Of a DNA stretch of 32,000 nucleotides, positions 7,898 to 14,324 are shown piece by piece. The stretch comes from Bellilinea caldifistulae (GTDB lineage Bacteria; Chloroflexota; Anaerolineae; Anaerolineales; Anaerolineaceae). The notes beneath the pieces are model-generated. The model was not told where the DNA came from. It did no database searches and worked only from the letters and a program-made list of their open reading frames with translations. A program made the position numbers and the translations under genes. Location: the NCBI RefSeq assembly GCF_001306055.1, contig NZ_LGHJ01000010.1:60001-92000 (forward strand), written 5' to 3'. Position 1 is the stretch's first letter, and each line of letters starts with the position of its first letter.

Positions 7898-8646
7898 GAA
7901 TTATTCAACGAAATTTGCCACGGCTGTGATCCCAGAATATTTAAATGTGGCTCACAGCGGTTTTGATAGTACTGGCTGGTTTCGCGGGGACTGCCGCTGA
8001 AAATAATGCTGCCAAAACACATCAGCGAAGCGCTATCGGCCATCTCAACCAGCTCTGGGCGGTGGGTAATCAGCAAAACGGCGCTGTTATGCTTTGCCAT
8101 TTCGCAGATCAACCGGGCAATATCGGTAATGGAGAGGGCATCTATCCCGGAATCTGGTTCATCTAAAATTGCCAGCCGCGGCTGCATTGCATAAATAGCA
8201 GCCAGTTCCACTCGTTTTCTCTCTCCACCAGAAAGGGTTTGGTCGGCAGCACGGTAGGCATACTTCTTTGGTGACAGCGAAACGGCTTCCAGGGCAGCGA
8301 TAACTTTTTCGCGCTTGGATTCGCTTGCGCCTAATTCGATGTATTTGCCAATCGGCAATCCTTCAAAGCGGACAGGTTCCTGCCATGCGAGAGAAATACC
8401 CATTCTGGCGCGTTCGGTGATTCGGGTATGGGTAATATCCTTGCCGTCCAGTAAAATACGCCCACTCTCGGAAGTATAACCTTCACATCCCATCAGGGTG
8501 TAGGCCAGCGACGATTTGCCCGATCCATTGACTCCCAACAGAACATGGATTTGTCCTTCTGATAGGGACAGGTTGATGTGGTTCAAAATGGGGCGATTGT
8601 CTTTTTTCAAGCAAACATCTTCAACAACAAAGAATGGTTGGGTCAT
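7894..8646 (-). CDS. sufC: SufC-type Fe-S assembly ATPase (SmsC-like)
   Basis: Walker A GVNGSGKSS, signature LSGGERKR, Walker B LAILDEPDSGID, H-loop LLITH. I trimmed the start to ATG 8646 (MTQPFFVVEDV), with GGTGAGGA upstream. Confidence 0.9.
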   Translation of the reverse strand: MTQPFFVVEDVCLKKDNRPILNHINLSLSEGQIHVLLGVNGSGKSSLAYTLMGCEGYTSESGRILLDGKDITHTRITERARMGISLAWQEPVRFEGLPIGKYIELGASESKREKVIAALEAVSLSPKKYAYRAADQTLSGGERKRVELAAIYAMQPRLAILDEPDSGIDALSITDIARLICEMAKHNSAVLLITHRPELVEMADSASLMCFGSIIFSGSPRETSQYYQNRCEPHLNILGSQPWQISLNNS

Positions 8647-8757
8647 TGAATTCCTCACCAACAAATGTTTGAAGCGCCTGTGGCATAGAGAATGGAGCAT
8701 ATAGGGGCGTGGATTTGCCCGCGGGGGGTAGGCTGAGCCACCAGTAAGCGCGATTTA

Positions 8758-8777
8758 ATATTCAATAATTTGAATAT
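8758..8777. promoter_or_regulatory. Palindromic operator candidate 1 (ATATTCAA-N4-TTGAATAT)
   Basis: Perfect 8-bp inverted arms ATATTCAA (8758-8765) and TTGAATAT (8770-8777) with spacer TAAT. It lies 112 bp upstream of the sufC-like start, in the divergent intergenic region. Confidence 0.5.
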
Positions 8778-8851
8778 CATAATACGCCAAATATTCGAAA
8801 AACAAAAGTGATAATCATCACTATTCATCATGACAAGAAAAGGATAAAATA

Positions 8852-8871
8852 ATATTCAAATAATTGAATAT
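8852..8871. promoter_or_regulatory. Palindromic operator candidate 2 (ATATTCAA-N4-TTGAATAT)
   Basis: The same 8-bp arms occur at 8852-8859 and 8864-8871 with spacer ATAA. The centre lies 94 bp from the centre of palindrome 1. A TAAAAT -10-like hexamer (8845-8850) sits just upstream on the + strand. Confidence 0.5.
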
Positions 8872-8997
8872 CTTAAACGAGTAATCCGATGTGTAAAAAG
8901 TGCCGCTCGCACTGTGGAAGTGCCTACCAGTGTCCAAAAAAGCCTCCTTAGACCGAACCAGCGCCTGTTGTGATTCAGGGTCTGGTCAAAAATATCA

Positions 8998-9201
8998 ATG
9001 ATTCAGGCGTTAATCAGCCAGCCGGGTAAGCGGGCAGTTTGTGATCGCTGTGGGGAGGAGATCATGAATGAACGCGAAGTATTTCTGGGCAATTTAACCC
9101 TTTGCCGAGCCTGTGCCGGTGAATCTTATTATGAAGTAGAACATGAAGAAGAAAGTTTCCCGCTCTTCAATCCTGTTTGGTTAAGCCAACCCATGGGTTG
9201 A
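8998..9201 (+). CDS. Small zinc-ribbon protein (CxxC...CxxC)
   Basis: 67 aa. CDRCGEEIMNEREVFLGNLTLCRAC forms a classical four-Cys ribbon resembling the C-terminal ribbon of FmdE-type proteins, followed by an acidic tail. There is no clear SD, so coding status is uncertain. Confidence 0.45.
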   Translation: MIQALISQPGKRAVCDRCGEEIMNEREVFLGNLTLCRACAGESYYEVEHEEESFPLFNPVWLSQPMG

Positions 9202-9336
9202 CAAACCCCTATATCCTTTTTGCCAGTGCGATGCTTTTTGTAATTTGGTTGATGGCTGGTTGAGATAGATATCACTTGCGCAGGTGATGTGAGAGAACGG
9301 CTAAGGTAAGCAAAGCCTGTCCGAAGGCAATGCTGC

Positions 9337-10758
9337 TTACCGCTTCTTTTTCAAAAAGAACACCGCCACCACTGTGCCCGTGGAGGCCAGCCCAACAAAG
9401 AGAAACAGGAGAGCAGGAGTGCCCTGCGTTGTTTCACTTACGGGTGGGGTAGCCGTCGCAGATACGATGGTTGCTGTGGGTGTGGGTGTCGCTGGGGGAA
9501 GTGTGGGGGTGTTGGTCGGCGGAAGGGTGGGGCTGGGTGTGATTGTTGGAGGCATGGGCGGGGTTACTTGTAAAAGGATTTGATCTCCCGGGTGGATAAT
9601 CGAATTGCCGGTGAGGCCATTCCACGCCATCAGGTCGTTGAGGCTGACCTCATACAGTTTGGCGATCCACACCAGCGTTTCCCCACTCTGGACGATGTGA
9701 TAATAACGGCCATCACCGGCTGGTGTGAGCTTCTCTATCGGGGTGAGCGGGCGGGGTGTGGGGCTGGGGGTGATGTTACCGGGGTAGATGATCAGTTTCT
9801 GCCCGATTTGGAGAGGCCAGTCAGCCTGAATGCCGTTTAATTTCAAAATCGTATCAACGGTTACGCCGTAGGCACTGGCAATCGTGATGAGGGTGTTATA
9901 GGGTTCTACCACATGAATAATTTTTCCGTCCGCGTCAGGGGTGGCGACCTTGACCATCCCCACTGGCGTAGGCGTGGCATAACCTTCCGTGTTGCTGGAG
10001 GGGATAAATAATTTCTGGCCAACTTGAAGAGGTTTTAAACGAGAAATATTGTTCCAAACTTCCAAATCCCGGATGGTCACCTGATAAGCAACAGCAATTG
10101 CCCAAAGCGATTGTCCGGTTTGAACAACATGAAAAACTTTGCCTTCTTCATCGGGAGTAGCCACCTTAACCGGCACGATAATTTGCGGGACGATGGGGTT
10201 GGGGTTACTACTGCCGGGTTGCGGTGTAAAGTTGGCTGGAGGACTATAATCACCGCAGGCTTTGCCCGAAATATACGCGGCTTGGAGTACATAGTAAGTC
10301 ATTCCATTGGCGGCTTTGGCAACACCGGCTCCCACATGACAGTAAGCCGGGTTTACTGCCGGGATCATGTGATCCGGATCGGCCCAGACTAACATGATCT
10401 GGTCAATGCTAAAGCTGGTGCCAACGGCAAAATTTTCGGTTGCCCACACCTTGGCTCCGCCCCCATAACCAGCCGCCTGCAGACGACCGGATACATTCCC
10501 AATGTGCCAGGACATTTGATTGGCCGCCATGATTTCAGCGGTGGACTGGGCTACTGCGTTGATAATCGGGTCTTCGACGAGGGGGGGAAGACCGTTTGAA
10601 ACTCGCAGAGTATTCATCGCGAGGATAAGGTCGTATGCGGTTACTTCGCCATCGTGCAGATTTTCTGACAAGCTAGCAGCCTGAACAGGCATAAATGGCA
10701 GCAACCCTGCCAGAAAAATGGTCAGCAGAAAGATCACCGTGAGCTTGTGGGATGGCAT
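9337..10758 (-). CDS. Secreted, membrane-anchored CAP/SCP-domain protein with three LysM domains
   Basis: Domain order: signal peptide (..PVQA-AS), a CAP/YkwD-like domain (about 140 aa), three LysM repeats (HVVQTGQSLWAIAVAYQV..., HVVEPYNTLITIASAYGV..., HIVQSGETLVWIAKLYEV...), a Pro/Thr-rich linker, then a C-terminal TM helix + KKKR. Confidence 0.85.
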   Translation of the reverse strand: MPSHKLTVIFLLTIFLAGLLPFMPVQAASLSENLHDGEVTAYDLILAMNTLRVSNGLPPLVEDPIINAVAQSTAEIMAANQMSWHIGNVSGRLQAAGYGGGAKVWATENFAVGTSFSIDQIMLVWADPDHMIPAVNPAYCHVGAGVAKAANGMTYYVLQAAYISGKACGDYSPPANFTPQPGSSNPNPIVPQIIVPVKVATPDEEGKVFHVVQTGQSLWAIAVAYQVTIRDLEVWNNISRLKPLQVGQKLFIPSSNTEGYATPTPVGMVKVATPDADGKIIHVVEPYNTLITIASAYGVTVDTILKLNGIQADWPLQIGQKLIIYPGNITPSPTPRPLTPIEKLTPAGDGRYYHIVQSGETLVWIAKLYEVSLNDLMAWNGLTGNSIIHPGDQILLQVTPPMPPTITPSPTLPPTNTPTLPPATPTPTATIVSATATPPVSETTQGTPALLFLFVGLASTGTVVAVFFLKKKR

Positions 10759-10870
10759 AGGGTAATTATAAAGGGAAAATTACGGATTTGAGGGGGATGA
10801 AAATTCGGCTGATATTTTGGAGAAAAAGACTGCATTCAGAAAAGTAGAACCTGTTCGGTGTAAAAATATT

Positions 10871-11527
10871 TCATTCGAGATTGACTTCTAAAATTCCTGC
10901 CTGTCCACCCAAAGCAATCACCAAATTTTGATCCACATAGGCACTGTGACCATGATTGTAATCACTGACCAAACTACTGACGAGTATTGGCAAGTTTAGA
11001 GAACGGGATGCCGCTTGTACCTCCTCCATAACATGTACAATGTTTTGGGGCGTAAAGTGGAAAATGAAAAGAAGAAAATCCAGTTTTGGGATTGGAATAT
11101 TCGAAATATTCGCTAAATCGAAACAGATCAACACCGAAAAACGTTTTCCTCCCAGTGAAAAGACCTTATACTCTACGCCGGGAAGAATCCCCGCTTTTTG
11201 TTCCGTTTCATCAGGGAAAAGCTTGCAGTAGTGATCTGATGTTGGGATTAATTCACAACAATTGCGTAAGCCATCAGCGAACATCACCAGTGAATTGATC
11301 ATGAGAAATTTTCCTGCCGGAATTTTGAACTCTGCTTTTTCTCTCGCGCACTTTTCTGCCCATACAAAGGGGTCAGGGGAGTTTGCAAGCGTCAAAGATC
11401 CGGTCAATCTGTATTCCGGAAGGACGAGCAAATCGCCCTCTGCCTGATTGATCAGGGCTTGAATGTGTTTGGCGTTGTTGATAATGTCACCACGTTCGAT
11501 ATGCGGTTGGAGCAATGAAATTTTCAT
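10871..11527 (-). CDS. Carbon-nitrogen hydrolase (nitrilase superfamily) protein, short form
   Basis: Candidate Glu-Lys-Cys triad: LPEY, CKLFP and VLICFD. I trimmed the start to ATG 11527 (MKISLLQP). The gene is AT-rich. Confidence 0.7.
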   Translation of the reverse strand: MKISLLQPHIERGDIINNAKHIQALINQAEGDLLVLPEYRLTGSLTLANSPDPFVWAEKCAREKAEFKIPAGKFLMINSLVMFADGLRNCCELIPTSDHYCKLFPDETEQKAGILPGVEYKVFSLGGKRFSVLICFDLANISNIPIPKLDFLLFIFHFTPQNIVHVMEEVQAASRSLNLPILVSSLVSDYNHGHSAYVDQNLVIALGGQAGILEVNLE

Positions 11528-11605
11528 TATGATTCTCGCAAAATGTATATAGAGCACCAGAATATTTGAAAATGGGTTATCAGGATGGGAAAGGGTAATA
11601 TCGAG

Positions 11606-12439
11606 TCATAATTCTGTATTTTCAAATTTTATAATCGCGAGCAGGATAAAAATGGGGATCCAAATAAAAGTTGTTGTTAATGGGATGATCCCCATTTCAG
11701 GTGGCAGAGATAATCCAGATGCAGACAGAGAAGCCGTTTTTGGCAGTATCCAAGGCGTGACATAGAACAATGGTTTAAACAATCCGCCCAGCAGATTGCC
11801 GCCTAAAATTGAGGCCAGCCCGATTCCCAAAACCGGGCCGCGAGTGTTAAAAATGGTTCCAAGCATCAAGGTAAGCGCAAGGTAAAACAGGGTGTGAACT
11901 GTCATGATACCGGCCGCGAGGAGAAAAGGTCGGGCTGGAAAGAGTTCCCCTAAACGAATGGATAACATACTGTAGGCAATGATGATCGGTCCGCCTAACA
12001 TGAGGCTAAGGATGGCCAGGGTGTTGCCAACAAATTTGGCTAATACATAAGCGCGAGCAACAACCGGTTTGGATAGCAACCATTCTGCCGTGCCGCTTTG
12101 TTTTTCACCAATGATTGAATCCTGGAGTAAGATGATCGCTCCGATTCCCAAAGCGATCATTCCAAACTCAAAGAAAACACTTAAACCCATCTGAATGACA
12201 TAAGCGGTCAGGCTGCCAGCTTGAGAAATTTCAGCTTCGCTGGCCAAATTTGCTATGGCTGGAACAAACAGCATGTTTGCCATCAAACCGCATAAAAGGA
12301 TCGGCCACAAAATGGCATTAATCCACCAGCGACGGGTGCCCCACCAGGCGCGGCTCTCCTTATGAAGCAAATTGGTAAAACCTCGCAGAACGCTCCATTC
12401 TTTGACATGATTCAGTTGGATACTATCGGCCATTTCCAT
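11606..12439 (-). CDS. ABC-2 type exporter permease
   Basis: 277 aa with about six hydrophobic helices. Its start overlaps the upstream ATPase gene by 17 nt. Confidence 0.75.
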   Translation of the reverse strand: MEMADSIQLNHVKEWSVLRGFTNLLHKESRAWWGTRRWWINAILWPILLCGLMANMLFVPAIANLASEAEISQAGSLTAYVIQMGLSVFFEFGMIALGIGAIILLQDSIIGEKQSGTAEWLLSKPVVARAYVLAKFVGNTLAILSLMLGGPIIIAYSMLSIRLGELFPARPFLLAAGIMTVHTLFYLALTLMLGTIFNTRGPVLGIGLASILGGNLLGGLFKPLFYVTPWILPKTASLSASGLSLPPEMGIIPLTTTFIWIPIFILLAIIKFENTEL

Positions 12440-13388
12440 CTCCTTTGATAACTTCCATGAACACTTCCTCCAGCTCGTATTTTTTTCGATTGAATTCCGT
12501 AACAGTAATCATTTCATCAGCGAGTACATAACGTAAGAGGTTTGTTTCGGCCTCGACTTCGTCATTTACGCTTATTTGCCACAGGCTTGAGCCGTTGTGC
12601 TGCGATACGGAGGTATGCGTTACCCATGGCAGATTGGCTAACTTTTCTCCCAATCCTTCCGGTTCACCCTTGATGGTCATACAGTAGATAATACTCCCCT
12701 GGCCATTGAGGATCAATTCAATGGGTCCACTGGCTACCACCTTCCCATGGTTCAAAATGGCTACCGAATCGCTGACTCGCTGGACATCATCCAGAATATG
12801 GGTGGAGTAGAAAATGGATGTATGCTTACGCAGGCGCTGCATGATTTCAAGCACTTCCTGGCGCCCAAGTGGATCCAGGGCTGAGGCGGGTTCGTCCAAA
12901 ATAAGCAGGTCGGGGTAATTGACCTGTGCCAACGCAATGCCAAGACGCTGCTTCTCTCCACCTGAAAAGGTACGGATGGGGCGTTCTGCTTTATCGGTCA
13001 AGCCCACCAGCTCGAGCATTTCATCACATCGCATCCGAATTTTTGATTTTGGTCCTGTGTAGAAAAACGCGGCAGTAAATTCAAGGTTTTCCCGGGCGCT
13101 CATATACTCAATAAAACGTGGCTGCTGAGGCAGGTAGCCAATCCGCTCGCGGATGGCTACACTTTCCTGAACAATATCCCGCCCAAAAATGCTTCCGCTC
13201 CCACCGGTTGGACGGATCAACCCTAGCAGGATTTTCATGGTTGTGGTTTTTCCTGCGCCATTGGGGCCGAGAAAACCAAAAATGGAGTTTTGTTTTACAC
13301 TTAGATCAACGCCCTGTAAGACCTTTACATTACCGAAAGACTTTTCCAAACCTTTTGTTTCAATGACCAAGGTATCATTAAAGCTCAT
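12423..13388 (-). CDS. ABC transporter ATP-binding protein (ABC-2 exporter ATPase with C-terminal accessory domain)
   Basis: Walker A GPNGAGKTT, signature FSGGEKQR, Walker B LLILDEPASALD, H-loop STHIL, plus a C-terminal extension of about 90 aa. Confidence 0.9.
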   Translation of the reverse strand: MSFNDTLVIETKGLEKSFGNVKVLQGVDLSVKQNSIFGFLGPNGAGKTTTMKILLGLIRPTGGSGSIFGRDIVQESVAIRERIGYLPQQPRFIEYMSARENLEFTAAFFYTGPKSKIRMRCDEMLELVGLTDKAERPIRTFSGGEKQRLGIALAQVNYPDLLILDEPASALDPLGRQEVLEIMQRLRKHTSIFYSTHILDDVQRVSDSVAILNHGKVVASGPIELILNGQGSIIYCMTIKGEPEGLGEKLANLPWVTHTSVSQHNGSSLWQISVNDEVEAETNLLRYVLADEMITVTEFNRKKYELEEVFMEVIKGDGNGR

Positions 13389-13712
13389 GTTCGTCTCCTC
13401 ATTATTCCCTGATCATAAGGATAAAGGAGACTTTCGTGATTGACATCAGTACGATGGGTAAGATGCTACTTAGTCAAATGTACAGGTGACGATTATCATG
13501 AAGGCTCAAGGTCTTTGATATTGGAGCCCATGAAAAGTGGATTATTGATGGAGAGACATAAAGAAACTTATATCAATCCTCAGGCACGATCAACGAGAGG
13601 AATTTTGGTTTCTCAAAAACAAGAAAATTGTAAAAAAATTTCAATCAATTATCACTCGCTAAATCACCCGTTGGTAACCTGTACAGGGGCTTTATTTTCC
13701 ACTCTTGCATAT

Positions 13713-13718
13713 TATAAT
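13713..13718 (+). promoter_or_regulatory. Consensus -10 hexamer (TATAAT) upstream of the cytochrome c gene
   Basis: TATAAT lies at 13713-13718, 41 nt before ATG 13759. The only -35 is weak (TTTATT region, about 13691-13696). Confidence 0.3.
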
Positions 13719-13758
13719 AAGGATTGTGAAGAGGTTCACTACACCAAAGGAGGATTAT

Positions 13759-14181
13759 ATGAAAAAAGTTTTTCCAATGATTCTGATCGTATTTGTGCTG
13801 AGTGCACTCGTTCTGGCAGCCTGCGGCGGAGGTGGCGGACAATCCACTTCTGAGAAGCCTGCTGTGCCGGCTGAATATGCCGGTAAGACCAACCCACTCG
13901 GCAGCGATGCTGCTGCGGCCGGAAAGACCATTTATGAAGAACGCTGTGCATCCTGCCACGGCCCCAGCGGTGCGGGAGATGGCCCGGCAGCGGCCGGTTT
14001 AGACCCCAAACCGGCTCACCTCAATGAGGTGGTGGGCACGGCCGGAGATGATTATCTCTTCTGGCGGATTGCTGAAGGTGGCTCAATGGCGCCGTTCAAC
14101 TCTTCCATGCCAGCTCAGAAGGGCATCCTCACCGACGAGCAAATCTGGCAGGTGGTTACCTACATCAAAACCTTCAAATAA
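13759..14181 (+). CDS. Class I c-type cytochrome, lipoprotein-anchored
   Basis: I trimmed the start to ATG 13759, with AAAGGAGGA upstream. It has a signal peptide with lipobox LAAC-GGGGG, a single heme motif CASCHG and a distal Met region (EGGSMAPF). 140 aa. Confidence 0.85.
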   Translation: MKKVFPMILIVFVLSALVLAACGGGGGQSTSEKPAVPAEYAGKTNPLGSDAAAAGKTIYEERCASCHGPSGAGDGPAAAGLDPKPAHLNEVVGTAGDDYLFWRIAEGGSMAPFNSSMPAQKGILTDEQIWQVVTYIKTFK

Positions 14182-14201
14182 ACCATCCTTTCTAATCACG
14201 A

Positions 14202-14238
14202 GAGATGGGCAATTCCAAAAATTGCCCATCTCTTTTTT
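14202..14238 (+). terminator. Rho-independent terminator after the cytochrome c gene
   Basis: A perfect 13-bp stem gagatgggcaatt (14202-14214) / aattgcccatctc (14220-14232) with a 5-nt loop, followed by TTTTTT. Confidence 0.8.
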
Positions 14239-14324
14239 GTTAACCAACCCTCTTAAGAGGTGCAGATTATCCAATAAAGTTATACGAAATATGATACATT
14301 GGTATTTTCGGGGTAAAATTTGTT

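Noticed and set aside
8805-8835. Fur-box-like sequence GTGATAATCATCACTATTCATCA between the twin palindromes
   Set aside because: It contains GATAAT and a 5-4-5 inverted repeat (GTGAT-AATC-ATCAC). It matches only about half of the 7-1-7 TGATAATnATTATCA consensus in the second arm. That is too weak to call without a position-weight-matrix scan.
9400-9560. Repetitive G/T-rich DNA that might be a tandem repeat or array
   Set aside because: It is the reverse strand of the Pro/Thr-rich linker of the CAP-LysM protein. This is low-complexity coding sequence with no regular repeat-spacer periodicity.
13440-13959. 137-aa (+) and 104-aa (-) ORFs in and around the 370-bp intergenic region
   Set aside because: They have no SD and no recognisable motifs, and they overlap the well-supported cytochrome c gene and its promoter in other frames.
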